DNA from: Octopus vulgaris
Lineage: Eukaryota
Length of the DNA stretch: 64,000 nucleotides
Assembly: GCA_951406725.2 (NCBI GenBank)
Contig: OX597834.1
Coordinates: 42,904,001-42,968,000 of the forward strand
Direction: 5' to 3'
A model generated the notes under the pieces. The model worked only from the letters and a program-made list of their open reading frames with translations. It was not told where the DNA came from and ran no database searches. Shown piece by piece: positions 1 through 15,314 of this stretch (its first letter is position 1; every line of letters begins with the position of its first letter). The translations under genes and the position numbers were made by a program.

Positions 1-29
1 ACATAGAAATATCTATGACTTAAGAATAA

Positions 30-95
30 TGAATAGATAAATAGACAGAGATTGACAGATAAAGAGATGAACAAATAGACAGACAGACAGACAGG

Positions 96-182
<87 letters not shown>

Positions 183-397
183 ACAGATGTGCAAATAGAT
201 AGATAGAAAAAATAGATAGACAGACAGACAGACAGACAGATAGATAGATAGATAGGCAGATAGATAGATAGATAGAGAGTCAGACAAAATGACAGATAGC
301 TAGCTAGCTAGCTAGCTAGATAGATAGATCGATAGACAGACAGACAAATTGACAGATTGAGAGATAGATGTATAGATAGATAGATAGAAAGATAGAT

Positions 398-431
<34 letters not shown>

Positions 432-702
432 TTTTATAGACACAGGGTGCACAAGATAGAACAAATAGGTTTCTTTAGGTTTAAAAAAAAAAAAAAAAAA
501 GGAAGGGTATAAAGGGACGTAAAGGAGAAAGAGGACAAAAAGGGGGTTAAAAAAAAGGGGAGAGGAAAAAAAATTGATCAATAGGGATCGTTATCACAGA
601 AATGTCAATATGAAGTGTAAGATAGATAGATAGATAGATAGATAGGTAGGTAGGTAGATAGATAGATAGATAGATAGATAGTTAGACAGACAGATAGTTA
701 GT

Positions 703-780
<78 letters not shown>
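30..780. repeat. (GATA)n/(GACA)n tetranucleotide microsatellite blocks (30-430 and 620-780)
   Basis: Tandem GATA/GACA units read directly. Confidence 0.95.
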
Positions 781-1365
781 TACGACAAGAAAAGAGATAG
801 TTTAGTGTTAACATAATACAGGCAGTATTAAGTGTTAACTAAGAATAATTACGTAATGAAACCGATAGCTAGCTAAATGAGTAGGTAGGTATTTAAATTA
901 GTGTTAACAGTTGATTAATCGCTAATAATCTATTCTTGTTTTCCATGTTTAACTTTTTTTCTAAAAGCTTTTTAATCCTCCCCGAATTAAATAAATTAAC
1001 GCCGACGTAGCAAGTATATTCTTTAAGCGAAATTTGTCAACCATTTGTAAGATAGTGTGTAAGGCTTTTCTGCGTAACCCATATTTTCACGTGTGCGTCG
1101 TGAGAATGATTTCCATTGCCAGTGGAACGACATTTAAACTCATAAGTAAAAAAAAAAAAAAAAAAAACTTCTTTTGTGCGTAAAGGCTCTGGTTATAAAT
1201 ATTCATGAGTTTGACAGTTTGACACTAAATAACTTCGTCTTAATTTTAATTAGCTTGCTATGCCATACACTTCTAAACAGCAAGACGAACATTAACGTGA
1301 AAAGAAACGCTGTTAATTACAGGTTTTGAAACAGTCCGTTGCTGGTTCACGTTCAGCCGATATTC

Positions 1366-1740
1366 TTGTATTTGTTTCAGTCATTTGACTGCGGCCATGC
1401 TGGAGCACCGCCTTTAGTCGAACAAATCGACCCCAGGACTTATTCTTTAGAAGCCTAGTACTTATTCTAAGTGACGCGGACGTAAACACACCAGCATCAG
1501 TTGTCAGGCGATGTTGGGGGGACAAACACAGACACACAAACACACACACACAAACACACACACATATATATATATATATACAACGGGCTTCTTTCAGTTT
1601 CCGTTTACCAAATCCACTCACAAGGCTTTGGTCGGCCCCAGGCAATAGTAGAAGACACTTGCCCAAGGTTTCACGCAGTGGGACCGACCCCGAACCACAT
1701 AGTTCGTAAGCAAGCTACTCACCACATAGCCACTCCTGCG
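1366..1740 (-). mobile_element. tRNA-derived SINE, family A (CORE-like body, internal TA/TG microsatellite, conserved tail)
   Basis: Minus strand: head GCAGGAGTGGCTATGTGGTGAG, then ACCTTGGGCAAGTGTCTT, microsatellite, tail GCTCCAGCATGGCCGCAGTCAAATGACTGAAAC. Homologous to 36790-37228, 53546-53894 and 58772-59208. Confidence 0.9.
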
Positions 1741-2717
1741 ATATACAAATTTATATTATTAATCTTAGATTCAGATGCGAAATTTAAACCCTATATACAT
1801 TATTTATTATTATTTCCTGAAATTAGAAATTAGATACTAGGCGGTTTTCTTTCGTGAAGATGAAGTAGAGGTAGGTATTCAGTTTTCAAACTTATGCGCC
1901 ATTTTCGGCTTTTGTATCGTAGGAATCAATAAGACCATTGACGTCATAGTAATTCTGAAATGTCTAACATGGCGATTGACAAGTTACGTCGTTGATCCTA
2001 CAGCAACACTTATACGCTAGTCAGACCAGCAAATTCCCCTTAAATCACAAAAGTTTATGTGTTAATGTTTTAAAAAAAGAAAGTACAAGTGAACATTAAT
2101 GAATATAGCCTTAGATAAATAAAACTCCTCCCTAGTCAATGCTGAATCCCTTTTGATCAAAATCTTGCTCGATTTAACCTGACAAACGGCAGAAAATACA
2201 ACATAAACATTAAGTGAAGCAACATAAAACGAGAAAATTCCCATTCTCAATAAAACTTCAACCTATTAATCGCACTAAGACAACGAGAAAAACCTTAAAT
2301 GGTCACTAGAAAAGCTACCAGCAACACTCAAATGATCCTCAAATCATCTATTGTTCTCATAAAATGGCAGGTCAATCATCGTTGGTACGACATAACCAAA
2401 TCTGTGCACAAAACATAGTTGGAATACATTTTGATCATAACCCGGTTTGATCAAAGCTGGCCAGAAGCAATAAATAGATAAATAAATAAATAAATAAATG
2501 AATTGATAAAAATTCTAAAAACACAAACAAAAAAAAAGCTGCTTTCAATACCACTACCGCCATCACCAGCGCCACCAACGCTATTACTGTATGCATCCAT
2601 TATTATTAACGTACGCGTGTTGTAACAAAAATACGTACGATAGTTTACACAAGAGATTAATACAGAAAAGAGCTTATTTTTGTCCATGTGAACCCTACTC
2701 AGCTGAAGGCTTAGCAA

Positions 2718-2719
<2 letters not shown>

Positions 2720-2755
<36 letters not shown>

Positions 2756-3160
2756 TGTTTTTGTGCCCCAATATCACTTGACAACCGATCCTGGCGTGTT
2801 TACGTCCCCGTAACTTAGTGGTTCGGCAAAAGAGACCGGTAGAATAAGTACAAGGCTTACAAAGAATAAGTCGTGGGGTTGATTTGCTCGACCAAAGGCG
2901 GTGCTTTCGTGGTTTCAGTTCCTAGAACGGGTGGTAAGTTGTGTTCTTGAGCAAAACACTTCATTTCACGTTGTTCTGCGATTACTTCGACACCTGATAT
3001 ATGGTGCACCGTGCATCTGTTCAGGCATCGGCGATTTGATGGAGCGAGTGAGCTGCTGTGCGGCACGAACATTTGATCAAAATAAACAAATAATATGTGT
3101 AGGGAGTTCAGCAAAAATTGAACCCTTATTCGCTGTCGTCTTCGATGGAAGGGTCTGCCA
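2720..3160 (+). mobile_element. SINE family A tail fused to a family D SINE fragment
   Basis: (TG)n then CTTGACAACCGATCCTGGCGTGTTTACGTCCCCGTAACTTAG tail to ~2905, followed by TGTGTTCTTGAGCAAAACACTTCATTTCACGTTG shared with the 26003, 28702 and 63267 copies. Confidence 0.75.
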
Positions 3161-3642
3161 TCATGCTTTCGCTCGTATTTAGCCTCCTAAATTTCATTCG
3201 AAAGATATTTCTCAAAACGACTCTATCACGAAAGACATTTCTCCAACGTACCATTGTAATTCTTCCAAAGGGAATTTCTTCAGCACTAATCTGATTCTTC
3301 GCTTTGTTACAAAGAAGAATTTTAACATCTTCACACAGTTTTAAAAGAACTGTATTAATCATGTTCTTTTTTGTTATCTTTTGTTTATTTTTTTTTATTC
3401 TAATTCTCCTTTCTTCTCAAAACAACTGCAAATGCCTGCATTACAACGAATTTGCTTGTCTGCATAACGAAATTTATTTGAATTGTGAGTATTTTCTCAC
3501 CAAGTAGTTATTTCTTTAATGTTGGTCATGAATTGGATGCAATGTGGATGCGATAGAGAAACACCAAATATACCTGTATGTTTTGCTCTGTGTGTGTGTG
3601 CGTGTTTGTAAGTATATACGAATATGCATACATGTACGTCTT

Positions 3643-3718
<76 letters not shown>

Positions 3719-4397
3719 TATATGTGGGGTTGCGCGTGCGTGTGTGTATGTGTGTACGTATGTAATATGGAGATGGAGCGAGTTAGAGAGCGAACAGGAC
3801 ACTGAAAGGAGAAAAATAAGGATATAATGGGAATGAAACAGCGTAAGAGTGAAGGAGAGAAAGAGAAACAGAGACAGGGAGAGGGAGAGAGGAGAGATAA
3901 ACAGAAAGAATCTAGAAAGAGGGTAACGTGTGAAAAAGAACAGAATGAAGGGCGAAAGAGCGTAACTTTCATTTTAAAAGAAAAAAATATGAGAGAGCGA
4001 AGAAGATTTGTAGTTAATGAAAAATAATAGAGCTTAAGGATAAAGAGATGATAATACAGCAGGGGAAATAAATAAGGAATGGAAGAGAGAAGTAGAGAGC
4101 TAGAGAGAAAGAGAGTGACCGAGAAAGAAAGATTTCGAGCGGCAACGAGATAAAATAAAAGAGTGAACAATCTAAACGAAAATACGAATAGAAAAAAAAG
4201 AGAGAGCGAGAGAAATTGGAATAATATCAGTGAGTTCTTTCTTTTTGTTTTACTCTTCTTTCTGTTTTTTTTTCTATAAAACAAGACATTGTTATCGTTT
4301 TGAATTTGCATAGAGTGAAATGATGAAAATTGTAGTTATTTGATTGAAAGAGATAAACATATACAGTATGGTATTCATGTTTATGTATGCGTGTACG

Positions 4398-4895
<498 letters not shown>

Positions 4896-7800
4896 TACAA
4901 GTCGAAAATAAAAGCGAATTAAATGCAGATAAAGTCTTTAAATAAAAATGCTATTGACACAAATGCATACGCCATGGCAGCGATGCGAAACTGGACAAAA
5001 AAAAAAGAGAAAAATAATAAGGAATAAATAAATAGATAAATAAACCATAAACAACGTATGAGTTTTAGGAAGAAAGAATTCAAGGCATGAAAGCGAATTA
5101 CAGATAATGATTTTGAAGAAATTATGTTGAACGGGAGAGAAGAAGAGAGAAAGAAAGAGAGAAAGAAAATGGGGCTCTCTAAAAACAGAAGAAATACAAA
5201 AGAAACTGAACTGTGTATGAGAGACCGCTGTAAAATTTATGGAACCTGTGATGCCTCGAAAATAGTCTTTGCTTCCTGATTCAATTGCCTAATTTGAATT
5301 TTAAAAAATATATAATGATGACTATAAAACGGAAACAAACAGAAAATCGTAAAAAAATGGCGAACAGTAAAAGGCAAATAGAATATATTAAGTTAACAGT
5401 AAGGACGACATGGAATATGTGTTTGGGTGGCCTCTGAATTTTTCTTTTCTCTCTCTATATTTATTTTAACATATATCTTTCCCTCTCTCTAGTTTTTGTC
5501 TCTGTAATTATTTATATTTTGTTTCATTTGAATTGTTTCTTATTTTTATCAATTTACAATTGTTATTATTTCGTTTTATGTTGTTATTTTTTCTATTCGT
5601 TGTTTTTGGTGTTTGTTCGTTTTGTTATTGACGTTTATTATGGCTATTATTGTCGGTGTTGTTTCGTTCGTGTCACTGTTGTTATTTTTACTGATTGTAA
5701 TATTGAAAAAATAATGAAACGTCATTGTTCACTTTGTTTTTTCTAATATATTTTCTTGTTATATTTTCATTTCGAATCTAGCTGAGATGACTTATCTTCG
5801 TCACAGAAAAAGGAACGACCATCACGTGATAAAATTACGTCTCTCTATTTCTTTGTCTTTCTCTCTTAATACTTACCAACTTCCTATAATTCCAAGGCTT
5901 TCTTACTGATTACTTATCTAACTGCATATCTAATCGTTCTTCATTATCATTATGATTACCCACCTATCTCCCAGTATCTGCATTTCTTGCAAACCCATCC
6001 ATATTTGCTTGCCAAGTTTTGGTCTATCTCCATCTCTGCGTCTATTCAAGTCAATCCATCTTTCTGTCTATGATATAAACATCTATTATGGCTGCCCCCT
6101 CATTATCGAGTATGGCCATTGCACGAAGCTTAACTGTTACTGGTGCTGTGATCGAATGTTACCTTTTTACCCAGCTAAAGATCTACAATGTCTTGTACAA
6201 AATTGGCAACTAAAACCTTTACTGGTAATAGCCGGCTGTAGTTGTAACTAGGCTTCATGTACCTTCGCGTGTCGTTTAAGTATAAACATCTATACATGCA
6301 TAAATACATGCATACATACATGCATGCATACATACATACATACATACATACATACATACATACATACATACATTTATATATATACATTAAATATTATTAT
6401 AGCTAAACTTATTTATATTAAATTTCTTTTAAACAATGTATGAAAGATGCAATGCTTAGTTACCGAAGACATTTTGTAAATTTACGTCTGATAATCAAGT
6501 AAATAAATATATTAAATAGATACAGTGAAGCGAAAGGACTAAAAAGAACACGAGAGATGAAGAGTCGCTGAAGAGGTCACAGGATGTGTGGCGAAAGAGC
6601 TTAAACAAAGGACACTGAAATAAATAGAATTAGCTCTGATTCTGTGGGCGAGTTTGTGTAAGTCCTTGTTTCCCTGCTCACTAACGGGAAAGCAAAAAAA
6701 AAAAAATAAAACTAACCATCATTTTATCGTGTGATATATGAGGGAAGATTATCAAATATGACATTTTTACAGTTGTTCTTGTGATTTCTTGTTTGGAGCG
6801 AAACTAGCTTCTGTACAACAACAGCAACAACAACAATAACAGCACCAACAACAACAGCAAATTTCGTCATATCCACGTTTTATTTACCACAAATATACCA
6901 CAAACGGCAAGGAAACACGAACACACACATACACACATACACTAACCCTCAATACACGCAACGATACAGCCAAATGAAGACACACACATACACAAAAAAC
7001 ACACACACACAAACACACACACACACACACACACAAACAAACACACACACACACACACACACAAACACACGCACACACGACCTGTCTCCATTTCACAAGG
7101 ATGTTCACGACTCTAACACCTTTGATCAACGTTCTTTTCAAGCAGAGAAAGCCGAGTTGGGACGATAAACAAAAACCACAAATATTTCTGTAGTTTTGCT
7201 CCAAACCACACGCGCACGCCCCACCCCCCATACACACACACACATTCATTCATTCATACATTTCACTAAACCTCCCACTTCCCACACCCACAAGGGTCCC
7301 GTTTCAGAATCTAACCATTTCAATGGCCTCCTTCAGTTCCAGATTCCATCCGTCTTTCTCCATCGCAGAGAAATTCCAAGAGAATTTATACATTATTCAT
7401 CCGTCTTAATTCATTCCAAAATAAGAATTTTTTTCTATTTCTTTTTTGTTTTATTTTATTGTTTGTCTCTTTAATTCATTTGCATCTTTCCTTCTGAGTA
7501 TTTCTTTTCATTATTCCGAACAATTTTTGCATTCATTATGTTGTTGTTCTTATTATTACTGATAACGTTCTAATTTCTATTGTTGCATTCTTCTCGTTGT
7601 TGTTGCTGTCGCTACAGTTTTCATTCATGTTATAGATATTACTCATACTGCTGTTTCTCTTCTGATAGTTATTATTGTTATTGTTATTGTTCTTGCTGTG
7701 GTTTTTATTCGTCTTGTTGCTGTTGTGTCACTTTCTCTTCTCTCCGTCCTTTATTTCCTCATATTTTATATCCCCGTTACTGGTTGTTTTTGATATTTTA

Positions 7801-8124
7801 ACCCATTATTCTGACGTTTATTACACTGCCGCCATTTTACGTCCTTCTTCCTACACGCATCCAACCCCTTATATGCGTACATCAACCGCAACCATACAGC
7901 CTAACCAGTCATACTACACCAGCCACAAATCACCATTAACCACCTAACAACACCCTCCATACTATAACAAACCATCCCTCCATATTAAACCACCATCCAA
8001 AGAATCCCACCTCGACTACACCGTTATTCATTCTACGCAGTTATCTATACTAGACCACCACAAACTCAAAACTACAGCCCATACTACCCTACTACCCATA
8101 CGCCATCATCTAGACTGCAGTATA

Positions 8125-8323
8125 CGAAGGGGTGCTGAAAAGATCCTGGCTTTCTGTAAATGAAAATACTACAAGATCAGTAACTTAGGATTTTATTCGA
8201 CATATCCCCCTCTCAGATCCACCCATTTATTGTAGTGGTCCTGTAAAAGAACTCGGAAGGTTAGGCCACTTACCAGGCCTTTCGCGATATCCTTAAAGCC
8301 AGGAACTTTTCGTCATCACCTCG
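8125..8323. mobile_element. Tc1/mariner-type MITE
   Basis: Imperfect ~29-bp terminal inverted repeats CGAAGGGGTGCTGAAAAGATCCTGGCTTT ... AAAGCCAGGAACTTTTCGTCATCACCTCG, TA on the left side, no coding capacity. Confidence 0.7.
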
Positions 8324-8422
8324 CCATCACATCACCTTCAGCGACGACGAATCATCCTTTTAATCTGCCCGTTTCCGTCCGTTATTATATTCTGCAATAG
8401 TTACCTTTTATACTTACTTTTT

Positions 8423-8571
<149 letters not shown>

Positions 8572-9675
8572 GTACTATACATATATATATTTACACTTAT
8601 ACATATATATGTATGTATATATGTACATACTTAGAGAGAGGGAGAGAGAGTAAGAGAGAGAGAAAGAGAGAGAGAGAGAGCGAAAGACATATACACAGAA
8701 ACATACGTACATATACACACGCACATATGCACAACCAGTTACTCACACCAGACATACATTAAATATTAGATGTGGCCTCTTAAATTTGTTTAAAAAACAT
8801 CTCTTCTACTCTCGAGTATTTTTTTTATAGAGATCTGGCTTGTGTTTTTCCACCACCAGTCACTTCCATCCCCACGTGCAGCATTCATTCCTTGCACTCA
8901 TCTTTACCGAACAGTCAAGTAACCAATTCTTTGTGATTTAATCAGATTCCTCTTCGCAGAATTCTTGCAGCTCCTTAACAATATGACAAAAGGCATGTTT
9001 GTTGGAATCAGAGGAATTCGTGAATATATGAGTAAGTTTATCATGTGCATAACTATATGTTGGTGACTACATTGAATTTTTTGCATTCCTCCGCATACGA
9101 GAAAATATGTGACATGTATAACTCGTTCTTCTATTAAAAAATAAATAATATAATACAAGATTAGAGAAAATAAACGAATTACAAGCCAGAAACACAGCTG
9201 TTTCGTTAACGTTGTAACAAAATCAACATGGTAATCGGATAGAGTTTCATGTATAAATGTTTTTCTTTGGGCGTTTGTGTACATGAACATGTATATAAAC
9301 AAGTGTACATACATGCATATATGTAAGTATACATACATGCATGCAATTTCGTCTACTGAAAAATATTTCATTATATATTATTTGTCCATATGTATGCTAA
9401 TAATCCATTCCTAGTTTGAAATCTTTTTTAGAATAACTACAACTCTGCAATGATTTCATGACAATGCATTTCACGTTCGATTTCTGGTGAAGTGAAGATT
9501 ACTTGGTGTTATCAGATTCATATTTACCATATTTTGCACATTACTTAATCATCGGTATATTATTTTTATTTCATATTTAATATTTCTATTATATGTAATT
9601 TTCTAGATGGTGTAATTTAATTGTTCATTTTGAATTGATAAAAGGTGTTTTTTTCTAATTTTTATACATACATAC

Positions 9676-9709
<34 letters not shown>

Positions 9710-9724
9710 GTGTGTATGTGAGTG

Positions 9725-9755
<31 letters not shown>

Positions 9756-9831
9756 AGAATGTGTTCCCCACAATGTATACACAAATACTCGCTCCATTTC
9801 CACGGCTATTTAAATTGACTCATTAGAAATA

Positions 9832-9965
9832 ATCCTTTCTACTAGAGGCACAAGGCCTGAAATTTGATGGGAAGGTTCCAGTCGATTAGATCGACCCCAG
9901 TACGCAACTGGTACATAATTTATCGACCCCGATAGAATGGAAGGCAAAATCGACCTAGGCCGGAA
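9832..9965 (-). mobile_element. SINE family B fragment (tail type 2)
   Basis: CTAGAGGCACAAGGCCTGAAATTT...CGACCCC...GAAGGCAAAATCGACC, homologous to 35312-35516. Confidence 0.8.
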
Positions 9966-10267
9966 ACTCATTGGAAATAATGAAGGGAATAAGACTAAGC
10001 TTGGAACTAGGGATGTTGATCTTTGGTGCTGTTGGATGAGCGAAAATGGTGTAGAAGTCAACAGACAGATATTTCATTTTGTTACTTTTGCTCTTATCCA
10101 ATACATTTATTTTCGCTTTCGTACAGTATTTTATAAATTGTTATTCTTATCTTGTCTTTATAATCTCTCATCTGTCATTCGTATATATTTAACTTATTAT
10201 CTCATCTTTTTACGTTTTATTATTTATCGCCATTCGTCATTTTTGATTTTGCTCAAGTTCCATCTCT

Positions 10268-10500
10268 TATTTCTTTATTGCCCACAAGGGGCTAAACATA
10301 GAGGGGACAAACAAGGACAGACAAAGGGATTAAGTCGATTACTTTGACCCCAGTGAGTAACTGGTACTTAATTTGTCGACCCCGAAAGGATGAAAGGCTA
10401 AGTCGACCTCGGCGGAATTTGAACTCAGAACATAACGCAGACGAAATACCGCTAAGCATTTCGCCCGGCCTGCTAACGTTTCTGCCAGCTCGCCGCCTTA
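10268..10500 (-). mobile_element. Full-length SINE family B (Meta-domain-like centre, tail type 1) with 13-bp TSD
   Basis: Head GGCGGCGAGCTGGCAGAAACGTTAGC, B-box-like GAGTTCAAATTCC, central GCCTTTCATCCTTTCGGGGTCGA. TSD AAGTTCCATCTCT at 10255-10267 and 10501-10513. Confidence 0.92.
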
Positions 10501-12245
10501 AAGTTCCATCTCTGTCGTCCTTGGTAGAATCACGTGTTTCTGGTTCTGAAGTTCCGTTACGCAACCAGGTTTGTTTCACGTTCGTTCTCACTGCGTAGTA
10601 CCTTGGTCAAGAGTCTTCCGTTTATAGGTCCGAGCCAACCAATGGCTTGCGAGTAAATTTGGTTGATGCGAACTGTATGAAAGACCGTAGTATAGAATTA
10701 TGTGTGTTTGTCTATCTTGGAATCTGTGGGAAGCAGACTTCTTCCCACACACCCTCGCCAACTACCACTTTCATCTATATTTCATCTGTCTTCCTTGTAA
10801 GATTATATCAATCTGTTATTTTTCTTTCATCTATTAGGTGTCTATCAAAAGCCTCAATGATTCAGAACACCCGGTTTTCATGATATATAAGTGAATGAGA
10901 TTATAACATTACCCTACTATACGGGACACCAGTCCCTCGCATGGTTAATTCCCCACTCCCACTTATTACTGGAACTGAAATACATATAGAACATCCTCAA
11001 ACGAAGTATTTTATTCGACAACTCAACGTAGCACTCGGTCCACTTGTCTTACGAACTTGTGTGCAACACCCTAATCATAGGCAACGCCCCTTCGCTCTAT
11101 CATCTGCACTTCGTTTATTATTTCAACGTAAGCCTTCCCTTCATCTAATCATTCTTATGAACTTCAATCAGATCCATTATCTATCATGAATACATTACTT
11201 TTCTCATCTGTGTTTTCGTCTGCACTCTGTGCTTTCGTCGCCAGGTTTCATTTGTTATTTCACCAATAATCTTATCTAATTTTATTTAACCCCTTTCCTC
11301 GAGCTCTCCACATTTTATCGGTTCATCTCATTTGCATTTATGTAATTGGGTACTTCGACGTTTCAATATTTCTATCATTGCTCTTACATCAGCTTCTTAT
11401 TCTTCCTTTCATCTAATTTCCAAATACATTTCATGTCCTTTCACTTGCCAAACATCATTTCTTTCACGCAGCATTGTCTTGTAATCCGTATAATCCTTTT
11501 TCTTTCATTTCTCCTTTCAACTCTTTGCATCCCAAATTTTATCTCTTAATTTTGCAGATTTTCATGCTCTCATTCTACTGTTGCTTACATATCTTTCGTT
11601 CTATCATCTAACATTTAACATGGTTTTTTATTTCCTTTCCTGTTCTTTTATTTCGCATCTCTTCCATTGATCATTCGTATGTTTATTCATTAGAGCCGTT
11701 CACCCTTTTTTTATCCTCTCATATTCATCTTCTCCCCTCTTTTGCTATTTGTTGTTTTATCCATCCTTCCCCTTATTCAGTCAGTTCTTTGTCCATTCTT
11801 TCATCTGCTTTTTTTTATTTATTTTTCATCTTTTATTGAATCTGTTTTTCGTGTCAGGTGTTCATCGATTTCCTTTTCATCTGTTTTATTCATGATCTAC
11901 TTCAATGTTGCTTTCCATTTATTTGCCTTTTGTTCAATCACCTCTTCTATCTTATTCATTCATTCAACTCTCCTCACATTTGTCGTCTATTAATTCATAC
12001 GTCATCTATTTATCGTTCATCTCCATTTTGTTTTGCATCTCCTTTGCGTTTCCGACAATAATTTCAACAGTTTATTTTCTCTCCCAGTTATCATCAAATC
12101 AACCTTATTCTTTCACCTGCCATACCACTAATTCTTTTGTCCATTCTTCAATCTACCTCTCCTCACTTCTTTCATCTAATCTTTCTTATGAACTTTAATC
12201 AGGTCCATTATATATCATGAATACCTTCTTTCCTCATCTGTACTA

Positions 12246-12359
12246 TCGTCTGCATTTTGTGCTCTCGTCTGCATTCTGTGCTATCGTCTGCATTCTGTGC
12301 TGTCGTCTGCATTCTGTGCTCTCGTCTGCACTCTGTGCTTTCGTCTCCACGCTGTGCTT
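12246..12359. repeat. 19-bp minisatellite, 6 units (TCGTCTGCATTCTGTGCTN)
   Basis: Units start at 12246, 12265, 12284, 12303, 12322 and 12341. Confidence 0.9.
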
Positions 12360-12745
12360 TCATTTATGGTTTCATCAAATCTTTCGTCTATTTTCATTTC
12401 CTATATTCATCCATGTGATTTCTTTACAACCATAGTTGTATTCTTTACTTCAATCGTTTTTACTGTATCCTTTCTCTTTATAATTATTTTATGTTTCTTT
12501 TTCCGTTTCCTTTTTAATTTTGCTTTCTTCTTCCAGGCCTTTCTTTAAATATAACTTTCTTCTATTCAGTCTATATTTCTCTCCATTCAGTCAATTCTTC
12601 ACACATCTACCAATCGAAAATAACACTCACATTACCTCACAATTTTCGTGGAATTTTAAAATATTTTTTACCCATGTTTCATCCCGACTGTCTTTGAATA
12701 TGTTATTTATGCATTTATTTATTCAGTTATTCTTACCAGGAAGAA

Positions 12746-12822
<77 letters not shown>

Positions 12823-13121
12823 CATTATTATTATCATTATTATTATTATTATTGTTATTATTTTCTACATTCGTATCTATTTTTTGTGTCTTCTTCTTTT
12901 CCATCTACTTTCTCCCCCTAGTGAATTTTTCTTTTCTTCATTTCTTCTTCTGAACAATTTTTCTTCTTTTCTCCTATCCTTTGCTATCGTTGTTCTCGTA
13001 GTTGTTGTTGTCGCTGCTGTTGTTGTTGTTGTTGTTGTTGTTGTTCTTCTTCTTCTTCTTCTTCTTCTTCTTCTTCTTCTTCTTCTTCTTCCTTTTCTTC
13101 TTTTTTACCGTGATCACTATC

Positions 13122-13160
<39 letters not shown>

Positions 13161-13227
13161 GTCGTCGTCATTATCATCACTGCCACTACAACCGCCAACC
13201 ACAACCGCCAACCACAACCGCCAGACC

Positions 13228-13294
<67 letters not shown>

Positions 13295-13310
13295 AGATGC
13301 TGCTGCTGCT
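12746..13310. repeat. Compound trinucleotide microsatellites (TAT, GTT, CTT, CAT, CTA)
   Basis: Adjacent pure triplet runs read directly. Confidence 0.95.
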
Positions 13311-13628
13311 TCTGCTCTTTCCTTTTATCCTTTTCCTCCCTTTCTTATCCTAAGCCCATTTTCTTTCCCTTCCTCACCGTAAATCCTCATTTATTAGCTT
13401 CTCTCTTGCAGACACTCTCATTATACTTTCTCTGGACCCTTTTTCTCCCTCTCACCCTTCCTCTTTCATTCTTTATTCATTCATTCATTCATTTATTTAT
13501 TTATTTATTTATTTCAAATCGTTTCTTTGGTTCCATACATTTTCCCGCTTCCGTCCATCCTTTTCTCTTTCTATTCTTTCTTTCTTTCTGCCCTCTCTGT
13601 CTGTATGTCTGTCTGTCTGTCTGCTCTC

Positions 13629-13659
<31 letters not shown>

Positions 13660-13895
13660 TTCTTTCGTTGTTTCATCGTACCACTAAAACGTCCTATTTC
13701 AACATACACACATATACAAAAGAAAGAAAAAACGAACGAACAAAAATACATATACACACGCGCACAAACAAACACACACACAACGCAGCGACAACACATA
13801 CATCCACATACACACGTGTATATTTATATATATATATATATTATATATATACACACACATATAACTATATATGTATATAAATATATATTTATATA

Positions 13896-13943
<48 letters not shown>

Positions 13944-14125
13944 AATACATATGTATATAAATGTATATGTATATATATGTATGTATATATCACATATACA
14001 TATATATATAAATACGCACACACATATATGCAGGCATATATGTTAATATACATATATATATATATATATATTTATATAATTATAGACATAAAGCTGTATA
14101 TATATATATATATGTGTGTATATAT

Positions 14126-14193
<68 letters not shown>

Positions 14194-14748
14194 GTATATA
14201 TATACACACATATACACGCGCACACTCCTGTAGATGTCATCGGGCCGGTTAGCAACAGAGAAACATTGTAGAAGATGTTTGATGATTGACTTCTTTTTCT
14301 TCGACGTACGTCGTTTCGTTGTTGACTTTCCACCTGCCTCGGCAATGTGTGTGGAATGGAGAGGGTGTTCGGTTGTGTGTTTATAAGCGGTGGACGGGAG
14401 GAAGAAGGTGGGGATAGGGTGGGGGTGGTGGTGGGCGGATTGCTTTTCGAGATCGGCGGTGAAGAAAGACGATGAGGCAGGTGACAGCAAAGACGGCTGA
14501 TGATAATTAACGTGAGAAGAGGTGAAGAGGAGAAAACACGAAAGTAGCAGGGACAATAGTAATGATAACAACAATAATCATACTATTAATAATAATAACA
14601 ACAATAATAACAATAATATTGATAATAATAAGATGAAGATGAAGAAGAACAACAGTAGTAGTAGTAGGAGGAGGAGGAGGAGGAGGAAGAGGAGTACTAG
14701 TAGTATTAGTAGTAGTACTAGTAGTGGCAGCAGCAGTAGTAGTAGAAA

Positions 14749-14798
<50 letters not shown>

Positions 14799-14953
14799 AT
14801 AGTAGTGGCAGCAGCAGCAGTTGTAGTAGTAGTAATAGTAGTAGTAGAAATAATAAACTCGTACATGATTACTGCAACAATATTGACGTTTTCAGTCTTT
14901 AATAATAATCAGTATAAAACGATTTTAAATGATTGTACATGTAGATTTATATA

Positions 14954-15267
14954 TCACCGTGATCACCGTGACCGACCAAGCTATCAGATGTTGCTACACA
15001 TCGCTGGTCACAATGCGCTTCGCATTGTTTTTTAGCCTTCAAATGACGCCACCCCGCTGCCTAAGCGAGCAGGCCAACAGAAGAAAGAGTGAGAGAAAGT
15101 TGTGGTGAAAGAGTACAGCAGGGATCACCACCATCCCCTGCCGGGGGCTCGTGGAGCTTTAGGTGTTTTCGCTCAATAAACACTCACAACGCTCGGTCTG
15201 AGAATCGAAACCGCGATCCTACAACCGCGAGTCCGCTGCCCTAACCACTGGGCCATTGCGCCTCCAC
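14954..15267 (-). mobile_element. tRNA-derived SINE, family C (tail X)
   Basis: Head GGAGGCGCAATGGCCCAGTGGTTAGGGCAGCGGACTCGCGG...GGTTTCGATTCTC (A/B boxes); tail ends in TCACGGTGA repeats; possible TSD ATTTATATAT at 14945-14954 and 15271-15280. Confidence 0.9.
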
Positions 15268-15270
15268 TGC

Positions 15271-15314
<44 letters not shown>

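Noticed and set aside
3526-4311. 261-aa hydrophobic ORF resembling a membrane protein
   Set aside because: Product of a GA-rich tract and (TA)n read on the opposite strand.
6561-6606. CTGAAGA...GAAA hammerhead-like motif
   Set aside because: Stem II pairs but no stem I can be formed.
15195-15267. tRNA gene candidate
   Set aside because: A/B boxes continue directly into a SINE body; this and similar heads are SINE promoters, not tRNA genes.
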